From Trueperaceae bacterium (GTDB taxonomy: Bacteria > Deinococcota > Deinococci > Deinococcales > Trueperaceae), in contig OZ243927.1 in assembly GCA_965213925.1 (NCBI GenBank), positions 1,568,001 to 1,632,000 on the forward strand: a stretch of 64,000 nucleotides of DNA, given 5' to 3'. The first letter of the stretch is position 1. The number at the start of each line of letters is the position of its first letter. Below the pieces are notes generated by a model, which was not told the DNA's origin, did not search any database, and saw only the letters and a program-made list of their open reading frames with translations. Positions 1-9,549 of the stretch are shown piece after piece. The translations under genes were made by a program, and so were the position numbers.

Positions 1-473
1 TTGACGACTAGGATGCCGCTGTTGTCGCGCATCCGGTGCGTCGGCAAGATGGTGCGGGCGAAGGCGGGGTCGGTGACGGCTTGGCTATTCGCGTCCAAGA
101 GGTTCGACATCGCCGTGCCGCCGAGGGTGCGCGTGGTGGAGAGCGCGTAAAAGGAGAGGTTCTCCAAGGTCTCGCTGGAGGTGTTCGTAACGTCGAACGT
201 GCCGTAGAGGTAACGCACGCCGCCCTTGTCCACGAGTCCTTTTGAAGAGGGCTGCAAATTGATAGGGGCTGCTTGCGCGCCCAGTGACGAGGTGCTCAAC
301 GTCTCGAGCTGCCCCGTTTTGGGGTTGACTTGGAGGTTGACCTCGAGCGTCTCGTGACTCAGCAAACGGTTAGTGCGTCCTTCGGGCGTTTCGTTATCGA
401 CGTTCGTTTCGGGAAGCGCCGCCTGGTTACAAGCGGCGAGAATAAGAAGGGATAAAAGAAGAAATTTTTTCAT
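1..473 (-). CDS. Lipoprotein, 5' part only (runs off the left edge)
   Basis: Manual translation from ATG at 473: MKKFLLLSLLILAACNQAALPETNVD..., with lipobox LAAC; open to position 1; absent from the ORF track because it is partial. Confidence 0.85.
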   Translation of the reverse strand, partial: MKKFLLLSLLILAACNQAALPETNVDNETPEGRTNRLLSHETLEVNLQVNPKTGQLETLSTSSLGAQAAPINLQPSSKGLVDKGGVRYLYGTFDVTNTSSETLENLSFYALSTTRTLGGTAMSNLLDANSQAVTDPAFARTILPTHRMRDNSGILVV

Positions 474-571
474 AGAGGGTGTCCGCAGGGAGCGTGTGTG
501 CTAGTGGGATGAGAGGGAGTGAGATGTCGTTGAATCATTCAGGGCCTCCGGGTTGTATTGTGCGCATCCGA

Positions 572-589
572 GCGTTACGTAGGCGTTCC
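572..589 (-). promoter_or_regulatory. Heptamer direct repeat GGAACGC-N4-GTAACGC, candidate activator site
   Basis: 11-bp period, 9 nt upstream of a -10-like CACAAT; same motif at 943-960 and 2943-2960. Confidence 0.45.
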
Positions 590-738
590 GGCTTTGGGGC
601 GCTCGTCCCGTCTCACTCGGGTCCTTCTTAAAAACGTTCATAGTTCGAAGTAGGGTGACGTAGGAATGACATGGGAGCACAAAGATAAAGACGCGCGGTG
701 TGTCGCGCGCCTATCTGAGTATTCGGTTGAGGGGGGGT

Positions 739-921
739 TTAGTCGTCTTCGCCCGCGGAGTAGGACTCGGGGGGCTGCTGAAGCGCTTCGAGCAAGGCGG
801 TCCAACTGCTCAGCGTGAGTACCTCTTTCGTGTTGACGTTTTGTAGGGTGATGTGCGGCGCGCCGTTCACGTCATCGGACCAGCGGACGCGGATAACAAA
901 GCCTGAGGTCTTTGGGTGCAT
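739..921 (-). CDS. Small hypothetical protein (60 aa), leaderless
   Basis: TACACT 7 nt upstream of ATG; beta-beta-beta-helix-like pattern FVIRVRW...ITLQNV.TKE...SSWTALLEAL. Confidence 0.7.
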   Translation of the reverse strand: MHPKTSGFVIRVRWSDDVNGAPHITLQNVNTKEVLTLSSWTALLEALQQPPESYSAGEDD

Positions 922-942
922 AAGTTTAAGTGTAATGAGGGA

Positions 943-960
943 GCATTCCTCGAGCGTTAC
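943..960 (-). promoter_or_regulatory. Heptamer direct repeat GTAACGC-N4-GGAATGC, 8 nt upstream of -10 TACACT
   Basis: Seen directly; geometry matches SARP-family binding sites. Confidence 0.5.
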
Positions 961-1187
961 GGCGTAGATGTCGCCTGAGGAACGCCTCCATTGTGAGCTT
1001 ATAAAAAGCTGCCGAACCGTTAGCCGAAGCCTTTAAGCTCAAGGTCGACAGCCTCGAAAGACGCACTTTCACGGCGCGCTCACGTGTTTTCGTAGTGATG
1101 CGAGCTTCATTTGCGGATAGGCGTGGTAGACGACGTCTTCGGAGGGGCTCGAGCGACCTCTTCCGTTCCTTTTTGTCCCTGCTCCAA

Positions 1188-1226
1188 CAAAGAAAAGAAC
1201 CGCCACACGAAAGTGCAGCGGTCTTG
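1188..1226 (-). terminator. Intrinsic terminator after the PKD lipoprotein
   Basis: Minus strand ACCGC...GCGGT stem followed by TCTTTTCTTT. Confidence 0.65.
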
Positions 1227-1264
1227 GAGCGTTTTGCGAGGCTCGAGGTGAGTTCGGGAAGGAT

Positions 1265-2791
1265 TTAGCCGCCTAAAGGCGCGCCCGTGAAGGTGTCTAA
1301 CTTAACCGTCCCCGTCGCTTCGCCGCCGTTCCCGTCAGAGATAACGTAGGTGAACGAGGTTCTGGCTTCGCTCGTCGGTACGTCGTAGGTGAAGGTGTTG
1401 CCGCTCAAGGTAAGGCTACCGACCTCTGGCTGCGTGAAGCGGACAATAGTTAAGCTGTCGCCGTCCGCGTCGGTGTCAGCGCCGCTACCGAGCGTTGTGT
1501 CGGTACCGCTCGCGTCAACCGGGTTGAACGTCCAGGTGCCGTCGTTCGTATAGAGCGTCACGATATCGTCTACCGCGACGGGCGCACGGTTCGCGCTGCC
1601 GGTTGCGCCGAGCGACACGGTGACGCTAAAGTCGTCTGTGCCGTCGTCCAGCTCGAAGGTCTTGGCATCACTCTTCTCGCCGTCGTGGTTTAAGACGACG
1701 CTATATGCCGTGTCGTTCAGGAGTTCCGCCGAGCCGCGCCAGGTTGCGCCGTCTTTGGAGAGACCGAAAACCGTCTTTTCGCCCTCATCATTTGTGATAG
1801 TGGCTTCAACCTCCGCCGTTTCTGCGGGCACGTCCGTGGCGGTCACGGTGACGAGGCGTGCCTCTTTGCCCGTTTCGATGGTCACGTCGGTGTCGTCTGG
1901 TACCTCGGCGACTTTGACGTCGATGGTCACGCTAGCTTGCGCCGAGACGCCCTTCGCATCGGTTACGGTGACGGTAGGCTTTTGTGGTCCTGCGGCGGCG
2001 TAAGTATGCGTGAAGGCTTCGTTGGCGGCGCTACCGCTGATCGTCGCGGTGCTCGCGTCGCTGCCGTCGCCCCATTCCACTTTGAGGCTCGCCAAGTTGC
2101 CGTCGGTGTCGCTCGCGGCGACGCTGAGGGTGAAGCTTTCACCTTCAGTGACAGTTTCAGGTGCGCTGAGCCTCGGCACGTTTGGCGCGACGTTGTCGGT
2201 GCCGAGCGCGGTGAGGGTGACGCTGACAGCGGCAGTCGTTTCGGAGAGGTCGAAGCTCGCGCTGCCTTGGCGCATACGCGCGCCGCCGTCAAAACCTTCG
2301 ATGATGAGGGTCTGGTCTGCGCCCGTCTTGACGCCGGTGAGCGTAAGGTTGCTACCCAACCCCTGCACCACACCGCCGACTGTCGCCTTGAGCGTCTCGC
2401 CAGCCACTGTGCCCGCGAGGTTGACTTTCACGTCGCTCGTGAGGCGGTTCATGGTCAACTTGATGGTGTCGGTGTCTTCTGTAACGCCTTTCGTCTCGAC
2501 GCCCTTATAGAGCACGGTGCCCTCAGCGTCCAAGCCGCGCGAGGTAAAGGTGGTGTCTTTTAGCTCGAGGTTGCTGAGCGTAAGGCTCGCCGCGCCCGCG
2601 CCCATATCGGCGGTATAGCTTTTTCCGTCAAACTCGAGCGTCACTTTCGTGACCTGCGCCGGAATCGCGGCGACTTGCAGTGTCACCTCGTCGGAGGTGC
2701 GGAAGTCTTCTTGTTCTTGCGTGCAGGCAGCCAGAACGGTGAGCGCGAGTCCTAGCAGCGCTATGACAGGGAAGCGTTTTCGTCGTGTCAT
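1265..2791 (-). CDS. Surface lipoprotein with Ig-like, PKD and cadherin-like (Big_9) domains
   Basis: Lipobox LAAC; PKD motif WGDG...HTY...VTVTD; C-terminal NRAPVAVDD...D.DGDSL...SFTYVISDG.GG. Confidence 0.85.
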   Translation of the reverse strand: MTRRKRFPVIALLGLALTVLAACTQEQEDFRTSDEVTLQVAAIPAQVTKVTLEFDGKSYTADMGAGAASLTLSNLELKDTTFTSRGLDAEGTVLYKGVETKGVTEDTDTIKLTMNRLTSDVKVNLAGTVAGETLKATVGGVVQGLGSNLTLTGVKTGADQTLIIEGFDGGARMRQGSASFDLSETTAAVSVTLTALGTDNVAPNVPRLSAPETVTEGESFTLSVAASDTDGNLASLKVEWGDGSDASTATISGSAANEAFTHTYAAAGPQKPTVTVTDAKGVSAQASVTIDVKVAEVPDDTDVTIETGKEARLVTVTATDVPAETAEVEATITNDEGEKTVFGLSKDGATWRGSAELLNDTAYSVVLNHDGEKSDAKTFELDDGTDDFSVTVSLGATGSANRAPVAVDDIVTLYTNDGTWTFNPVDASGTDTTLGSGADTDADGDSLTIVRFTQPEVGSLTLSGNTFTYDVPTSEARTSFTYVISDGNGGEATGTVKLDTFTGAPLGG

Positions 2792-2942
2792 CTAAAGGTA
2801 ACTCCTTATGGCTCGGTGAGCCGTTACTTGAATCTAAGCGGAGGGTGGACAGAGGTAAGGACCTGCCTCCTTTCTCGAGGCGCTCCAAATAAAGCATCTA
2901 TGAGGTCTCGAGACTTCGACTACCGCTATTCTTTATGGGGGC

Positions 2943-2960
2943 GCGTTTCGTCAGCGTTCC
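2943..2960 (-). promoter_or_regulatory. Heptamer direct repeat GGAACGC-N4-GAAACGC
   Basis: Upstream of the 2791 lipoprotein, 9 nt before AAGAAT. Confidence 0.45.
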
Positions 2961-2967
2961 GTTAAAA

Positions 2968-3035
2968 GCAGCAACGAGTTGAAAGCAATGAGCAATGAGT
3001 CTAAAGGTTTTTGCTCATTGCTCATTGCTGTTTTC
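2968..3035. repeat. STRR-like heptamer inverted repeat (GCAATGA)n...(TCATTGC)n
   Basis: aaagcaatgagcaatgag...ctcattgctcattgct; relatives at 33425-33535 and 37938-38172. Confidence 0.75.
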
Positions 3036-3072
3036 ACGATAAGATGCTCCAAAGAGGTCATGAGGAGGGCGT

Positions 3073-3684
3073 ATGCAAAGGCTGGTCGAACGCATCCGGG
3101 CAGAGGGGCAACATTTAGGGAGCGGCATTCTCAAGGTCGACGGGTTTATCAACCACCGGCTCGAGCCCGACCTGACGCTCGAGATGGGTAAAGCGTTCGT
3201 GGAGCGCTTCTACGCAGAAGAGGTCACGGGCGTTACCAAAATCGTCACAGCAGAGGTCAGCGGTATCGCTCCGGCGTTAGCGACGGGCATCGCGCTAGGC
3301 GTCCCCGTTGTCTACGCGAGAAAGACGCGCCCCATCACGATGGCAGATGGCGTTTATGAAGCCGAAGCCCCGAGCCATACTAAAGGCGGCGTGACCAAGC
3401 TCATTATCTCTCCTGAATATCTGCACCAGGATGACCGGGTCCTCTTAATTGACGACTTCTTGGCGTCAGGGAAAACGCTCGTCGCCCTCGTGGACCTCAT
3501 CAAACAGTGCGGCGCGGACCTTTTGGGTATCGGCTGCGTCATCGAGAAATCCTTTGAGGGGGGGCGTGAGGCGCTCCAAGAGGTCGGCGTTCCTATCGTG
3601 ACGCTCGCGGTGGTGACGAGGTTAGGGGGCGACACCGTCGAAGTGCAGGATGCAGAAGAGAATCTAAAAGTACAAGGCGCATAG
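3073..3684 (+). CDS. xpt: Xanthine phosphoribosyltransferase
   Basis: ILKVDGFINH, TAEVSGI, PRPP motif VLLIDDFLASG, IEKSF; RBS GAGGAGG. Confidence 0.93.
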   Translation: MQRLVERIRAEGQHLGSGILKVDGFINHRLEPDLTLEMGKAFVERFYAEEVTGVTKIVTAEVSGIAPALATGIALGVPVVYARKTRPITMADGVYEAEAPSHTKGGVTKLIISPEYLHQDDRVLLIDDFLASGKTLVALVDLIKQCGADLLGIGCVIEKSFEGGREALQEVGVPIVTLAVVTRLGGDTVEVQDAEENLKVQGA

Positions 3685-3720
3685 CACGCCGCCGAACCCC
3701 TAAAACAAGTACGATAAGGT

Positions 3721-5061
3721 ATGAAAAATAATAATGGCAGGAATGTCGTCCTCGTAGACGGCTGCCGCACGCCTTTTATGCGGGCGGGCACGGAATACTT
3801 CGACCTCATCTCGTACGACCTCGGGCGCACTGTACTAAAGGGTCTCTTGACGCGGAGCGAACTCGAGCCTCAAAAAGTAGACCGCGTCATCATGGGCACG
3901 GTGGTGCAAAACGTCCGCACCAGCAACGTCGCGAGAGATTCGGCGCTGGGCGCAGGCTTTCCCGTGAGCGTCCCCGCGCACACCGTCACGATGGCGTGTA
4001 TTTCAGCGAATCAGGCGATTGCGAGCGGCGCGGACCTCATCCGCACCGGCCAAGCGGACATCGTCATCGCGGGCGGCGTCGAGACCCTTTCGGACGCGCC
4101 GCCGCAGTTCGACAAGGACATGCGCAAGCGGCTCTATGAGACGCAGAAGTACAAAAATCCGCTGGACTTCCGCAAGTTTTTGCAAGGTTTATCTCCGAGC
4201 GACCTCTTGCCGAGTGCACCCTCCGTCTCCGAATACTCCACGGGTGAGGTGATGGGCGAAAGCGCGGACAAGCTCGCGGCAGCGTTCGGCGTTTCGCGTG
4301 AGGCACAAGATGAGTACGCGCTCCGCTCGCACCACGCGGCGGCGAAGGCGACCGAAGAGGGCAAGCTAGACCCCGAACTCCTGCCTACCGCTGTGCCGCC
4401 CAAGTTCAAGCCTTTAGAGCACGACAACACCTTCCGGGCAGATACGAGTTTGGAAAAGCTCTCCACCCTCAAACCCGTCTTCGTCAAACCCTTCGGTACC
4501 GTCACCGCAGGCAACGCCTCGCCCCTTACGGACGGTGCGGCGGCGACGCTGCTGATGGCGGAAGAGACCGCGGAGGCCCTCGGCTACACGCCCGCCGCCT
4601 ATCTGCGCCACTACACGTTCGTCGCGCAAGACCCCAAGGACGAACTCCTCTTGGGTCCGGCGTACGCGATGCCCCAGGTTTTCGACGCGGCGGGCATCAC
4701 CTTTGATGACGTGGACGTGATCGAATTTCACGAGGCGTTCGCAGGACAGGTTTTGGCTGTCTTAACCGCAGTCGAGTCGGACGAGTTCGCCAAGGAGAAG
4801 TTAGGGCGAGACAAGCGCATCGGTGATGTGGATATGGACAAAATCAACCCCTGGGGCGGTTCACTCTCCTTAGGACATCCCTTCGGCGCGACGGGCGCGC
4901 GGCTCGTCACCACGGCAGCGCACCGCCTTCACGCCGAGGACAAGCAGATCGCCCTTGTGACGGCGTGCGCGGCGGGCGGTTTAGGTCACGCGATGCTGTT
5001 GGAACGTTACGAGGGCGGCAGCTATACCGCAAATCCGAACAGTAACGGGGGGCAAGCATGA
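3721..5061 (+). CDS. fadI: Acetyl-CoA C-acyltransferase (thiolase, FadI type)
   Basis: MACISAN, HEAFAGQ, GHPFGATG, CAAGGLG motifs. Confidence 0.93.
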   Translation: MKNNNGRNVVLVDGCRTPFMRAGTEYFDLISYDLGRTVLKGLLTRSELEPQKVDRVIMGTVVQNVRTSNVARDSALGAGFPVSVPAHTVTMACISANQAIASGADLIRTGQADIVIAGGVETLSDAPPQFDKDMRKRLYETQKYKNPLDFRKFLQGLSPSDLLPSAPSVSEYSTGEVMGESADKLAAAFGVSREAQDEYALRSHHAAAKATEEGKLDPELLPTAVPPKFKPLEHDNTFRADTSLEKLSTLKPVFVKPFGTVTAGNASPLTDGAAATLLMAEETAEALGYTPAAYLRHYTFVAQDPKDELLLGPAYAMPQVFDAAGITFDDVDVIEFHEAFAGQVLAVLTAVESDEFAKEKLGRDKRIGDVDMDKINPWGGSLSLGHPFGATGARLVTTAAHRLHAEDKQIALVTACAAGGLGHAMLLERYEGGSYTANPNSNGGQA

Positions 5062-7183
5062 CGCACTTCGACATCGACTTCGACGCGCAAAAAGATAAAA
5101 GCATCGCGACCATCTACCTAGACGGACCCGAAAAGGTCAACAAGCTCTCCACAGCGGCGATGCGCGAGTTTGGCGAGGTGTTGGACAGGCTCGAGCAAGA
5201 GCGCGACATCCGAGCCGCCGTGCTGTACAGCCGCAAAAAAGACTCCTTCATCGTCGGCGCGGACATCGAAGAGTTTAGAGAGTTCCAAACGCCCGAAGAG
5301 GTCAAAAGGCTCATCGAAGAGGGACACGATCTCTTCAACCGTTTAGAAAATCTGAGCAAACCTGTCGTGGCGGCGGTGCACGGTCCAGCAGTGGGGGGCG
5401 GCTTAGAACTCATCCTCGCCTGCTCGTACCGCCTCGCCTCGGAGCACGAGAAGACGAAGTTCGCTCTGCCCGAAGTCAACCTGGGGCTCTTGCCGGGGCT
5501 CGGCGGCTGTCAGCGGTTGCCGCGACTAGTCGGAGTGCAGAAGGGGCTCGAGCTGATCCTCACCGGCAAAAACATCTACGCCAAGCCTGCTAGAAAGATG
5601 GGCTTAGTAGACGCCCTTATACACCCGCAGGGTCTCCTCCGCGCTGCGAAAGAGGCGGCGCAAGGGCTTCTTCTAGGTAAGCTGACACCCAGGCGTAACT
5701 CGCAAGGCTGGCGTGACAAGCTCTTGGAGCGTACTCCGCTCAGTAGAATTGTCTACCGACAAGCCGAAGAGAACGTCCAAAAGCGCACGCGCGGTAACTA
5801 TCCCGCCCCGCCCAAAATCATCGAAACGGTGCGCACCGGGCAGGAAAAAGGAATGAAAGCGGGGCTCCAAGCCGAAGCGGACAACTTCGCCGAACTCGTC
5901 TTCACGTCCGAGTCCAAGGCTTTAGTTCACCTCTTCTTCGCTAAAAATGCCTCGGAGAAGAACCCGTATAAGGACGACGCTAAGCATATTCAAAAGGTTG
6001 GCGTGTTGGGCGCAGGGCTGATGGGCGCGGGCATCGCGCAGGTGAGCGCGGAGGGCGAGCACGAGGTTCTCTTGAAAGACCAAAATTTCGAGATGGCGGC
6101 GAAGGGCAAGGGAACGATCTGGAAAGACCTCTCGAAGCGCGTCGGCAAGGGACGGAGCGAATTCGAGCGCGACCTCATCTCTGAGCGCGTCACGCCTGTG
6201 GAGGATTACGACTTGTTCGACCGGGTTGACCTGGTCATCGAAGCGGTCTTGGAAGATGTCGATCTCAAGCAAAAGGTTCTGAGTGAAGTCGAAGAGGTCG
6301 CGAAAGAAGACCTCGTCTTTGCGACGAATACCTCTTCGATTCCGATCAAAGAGGTGGCTGCAAAAGCGAAACGTCCTGAACAAGTCGTAGGAATGCACTA
6401 CTTTTCTCCCGTACAGAAGTTGCCTCTTTTAGAAATCGTCAAGACCGACAAGACGCCCGATTGGGTTTTGGGAACAGCGTTTCAGGCAGGGTTGGAGCAA
6501 GGCAAAACCGTCGTCGTCGTGGGCGACGCGCCCGGCTTCTACACCACGCGCATCCTCTCGCTCTTCATGAATGAGGCGTTGGTCATGTTAGAAGAGGGCG
6601 GCGACATCCAAGAGATTGACAAGGCGATGAAGGACTTTGGCTTCCCCGTCGGTCCGATTAAACTTTTAGATGAGGTCGGTATCGACGTCGGCGCGAAGAT
6701 CAACGAGGTCATGCGTCCCTTTTTGGAAGAGCGCGGTGTCAACCTGAGTTCTAAAGGTAAAGATGTCGTCGAGGCGGGCTACAAAGGACGCAAAAATAAG
6801 CAGGGTTTTTACAAGTACGAAGAGGGCAAGAAGAGCAAAGAGGTCAACGAGGAGATTTACAAATTCTTTGGCGGTTCGGGGCGCAAGCAGTTCGGCAAAG
6901 AGACTGTACAAGAACGCTTGTCTCTGGTGATGATCAACGAGGCGGTGCGCTGTCTGGAAGAAGAGGTGCTTTGCGTTCGCCTCGAGATGGCGATGTGGGC
7001 GCGGTCTTCGGTCTCGGCTTTCCGCCCTTTTTGGGTGGACCTTTTTGGTACTTGGACCGCACCGGGTTGGGTGAAGCGGTGATGAGGCTCGAGAAGTTGG
7101 AGCAACAGCACGGTGTCCGCTTTAAGCCCGCATCACTACTCAAGGATTACGCGCAAGGAGGTCAGCACTTTTACGATGCGTGA
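5058..7183 (+). CDS. fadJ: Fatty acid oxidation complex alpha subunit; frameshift near 6970 (probably an assembly error)
   Basis: Crotonase plus 3-hydroxyacyl-CoA dehydrogenase (GAGLMG, GMHYFSP). The conserved C-terminus LRSPRDGDVGAVFGLGFPPFLGGPF continues in another frame (6971-7183). Confidence 0.9.
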
Positions 7184-7220
7184 GGGCGTGAGTTACTCCC
7201 GGGCTCGAGACCACGAGTAG

Positions 7221-7249
7221 CAAGGGGTTGTACAGCCCCTTGGTTTTTT
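7221..7249 (+). terminator. Terminator / REP-like hairpin CAAGGGG-N8-CCCCTTG plus T-run
   Basis: Stem followed by GTTTTTT after fadJ; related hairpin at 19418-19444. Confidence 0.65.
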
Positions 7250-7339
7250 GGCGCTTTTTCACACCCCCGTTGTGGACTTTTTGCTTTCCCGCCTGCCCCC
7301 ATCCTTCTTAATATGGAGGTAGCTAACGGGAGGACGCTT

Positions 7340-7540
7340 ATGAGCATCTGGGGAAACCTCAATTTGGACACAGCCTACACCATCAACCTCTACCGCAAGG
7401 ACGACGTGTACAGCCGCAAGCCTTATAAAAAGGTCTTGGTCTTCGCCCGCGATTTCGCAGAAGCGCTAGAAATCGCTAGGCACGAGGCGGCGTCGTTTAG
7501 ACTCACCCCTCGCCAGCCTGACGCGCTGAGATTCAACTAA
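7340..7540 (+). CDS. Small hypothetical protein (66 aa)
   Basis: RBS GGGAGG 7 nt before ATG 7340; MSIWGNLNLDTAYTINLYRK... Confidence 0.65.
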   Translation: MSIWGNLNLDTAYTINLYRKDDVYSRKPYKKVLVFARDFAEALEIARHEAASFRLTPRQPDALRFN

Positions 7541-7543
7541 ACT

Positions 7544-8743
7544 CTAAGATTTTAGTAGCAGCGTCGCCACTGCCACCATCAAGAGCCCGACGACTGCCGC
7601 CACAAAAAAGACCGCCGCGCCGCCAAATGCGCTGTAGACCCCTGCCATGAGCAGGGGTCCTGTCGTTTCGCCCACGCGCTTGACCATCGTCTGAAAAGCG
7701 ACGAGCGCACCCCTATAGCCACTCGGCGCGGCGTCGGTCAGGAGCGTTTGCGAGTTAGGCAAGTGGAGCGCGTGCGCGATGCCGAGCATCGCAACGGGTA
7801 CAAAGGTCCACAAAGCGCTGCCGAAAAGAGGAAGCGTCACCATCGTCAAGGCGCTGAGTGCGAACGCAACCTTAATGAGCAGCCTCGGCGAGGTCTGCTC
7901 CGTGAGTTTGCCGATGAACGTCGTCCCGAGCGAATAACTCGCCGCCCACACCGAAATCGCAATCCCCGCGAGGAGCGCGGACGCGCCGTACGTATTCTCT
8001 AGGTAGAGCGGTAAGTAGGTAAAAAGCGCCCCAACCACCGCGATGTTGTCGCCGATTGTCAAGATAAAGAGCCCGATGACCTCGCGGTGACGGGTAACCT
8101 CTTCGACGCCTCGGAGGTAGTGGCTGAGCTTCTGCTTATTTTTAGGCTCGGGGATTTTCAGAAAGGGAATGAGCAGCAGCCCAACCGGAACGGCGGCAGC
8201 GGGAATTAAGAAGGGATAGTTCCAGCCGATGAGCGCGAGTGCGCCGCCCAACGCCGGGTAGAGCGTCGTGCCGAAGCCGTTGACCGTTGCGTTGTAGCCC
8301 ATCGACTTGCTGCGCGAGACCCCTTCGTAGAGGTCGCCTATAATCGTGATGTTCGTCGAGAGCAGCGCCGCGCCGCCGATGCCCTGGATAAAGCGCAGGG
8401 CGAGCAAGAGGTTGAAGTTGTCCGCGAAGAAACACGCGCCGCCCGCGAGCCCGAAGACGAGGAGCGAGGCGACTAAGACCCGCTTGCGTCCGTGCCTATC
8501 GGCGAAAACGCCCAAGAGAGGTGTGAGGACGATGGCGGGCAAGGTATACGCCGTAACGATTAAGCTGACCGCGCCCGCCGAGACGCCGAGCTGCTCCACG
8601 ACGTTAGGGAAAGCGGGGGTGATGGCGGTGACGCTCGAGGTCACCACCAGCGTCGCTGCAAAAACGAGCAATAAGTTTTGGTCTCTGAGAAGTATTTTGG
8701 ATGGTAAGTTCGGCGTGCGTTCTTCTTGGCTCAGTGGTGCCAT
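7544..8743 (-). CDS. MFS transporter
   Basis: About 12 TM segments, motif A GVFADRHGRKRVL; start set at MAPLSQ with RBS AAGGGGG. Confidence 0.92.
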   Translation of the reverse strand: MAPLSQEERTPNLPSKILLRDQNLLLVFAATLVVTSSVTAITPAFPNVVEQLGVSAGAVSLIVTAYTLPAIVLTPLLGVFADRHGRKRVLVASLLVFGLAGGACFFADNFNLLLALRFIQGIGGAALLSTNITIIGDLYEGVSRSKSMGYNATVNGFGTTLYPALGGALALIGWNYPFLIPAAAVPVGLLLIPFLKIPEPKNKQKLSHYLRGVEEVTRHREVIGLFILTIGDNIAVVGALFTYLPLYLENTYGASALLAGIAISVWAASYSLGTTFIGKLTEQTSPRLLIKVAFALSALTMVTLPLFGSALWTFVPVAMLGIAHALHLPNSQTLLTDAAPSGYRGALVAFQTMVKRVGETTGPLLMAGVYSAFGGAAVFFVAAVVGLLMVAVATLLLKS

Positions 8744-8965
8744 AAAAAGCCCCCTTGGACTTGTTTCGTACAGTTTTGTTGTACAGGATGGTGCAGCTTG
8801 CTTAGCTGCGAGCAAGTAGGGTAACAAGCTATAGGGAGAGGTGTGTCGGCTTGGCGACATCGTTTTGAGTCGCCTTGTAAGAGGTCAAAAGAGGAATTTT
8901 TGGAGGGGTGGCTCGAGGTTTTGAAGAAATGGGTTCACCATGTCTCTAACTGGAAAGCAGCACGC

Positions 8966-9421
8966 TTACAAATCAAGAATCTTGGCAAAATGCTCGAAAT
9001 TCTTAGCAACAAGCCTGTGCTCGGCGGAGCCTACCGAGTCAAGCCAGTAGTTTGCTACAACTACAGGGTTGTGCAAGTCTAAACGGTAATCAAGGAAGAA
9101 ACCTTCTTCGTTGTGATTCACAACGATATTCACAGCTAAGCCAGTATCTAAAAGTTTGGTCTTACTGAAAAGACTTTCATCTTTTTCGGAGTAAACGAAA
9201 CTATAAATTTCAGCCATTTTTTGGTCGGAAGAAAGTTCGCGGCAAGCCTGCGTTTCACGTTCCATATCTTGAGGTTGCATGAAGCTCAAACTTTCTGGTC
9301 TTTCAAATGGAGCAAGCTGGGTAAGAATTGAGCTATTAGCGGGACGCTTCCACCTTCCGGCTTCTAACAATTCAACTAAATATTCTGGAAGCGTTAAGTT
9401 GTTTATTACAATAGATGTCAT
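8966..9421 (-). CDS. SMI1/KNR4 (SUKH)-like protein, AT-rich
   Basis: LTLPEYL..LL near the N-terminus; FFLDYR...NPVVV...HRLVAKNFEHFAKIL at the C-terminus. Confidence 0.7.
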   Translation of the reverse strand: MTSIVINNLTLPEYLVELLEAGRWKRPANSSILTQLAPFERPESLSFMQPQDMERETQACRELSSDQKMAEIYSFVYSEKDESLFSKTKLLDTGLAVNIVVNHNEEGFFLDYRLDLHNPVVVANYWLDSVGSAEHRLVAKNFEHFAKILDL

Positions 9422-9549
9422 ATGTAGAAATAATTTAGCGAAATAACCTTTAGCCACTAACTATTGAGATAAGTTGTTTGAACAAGGTTTAGAAAACAAG
9501 TAGTGCGCCGCAGTTGTCACTGCAGCGCATCTAAAACCTCTTGCTTCCC

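Noticed and set aside
2900..3072. Purine riboswitch upstream of xpt
   Set aside because: Consensus not present; the region is occupied by the STRR-like repeat
6960..6985. Programmed ribosomal frameshift in fadJ
   Set aside because: No slippery heptamer; similar indels in unrelated genes point to sequence error
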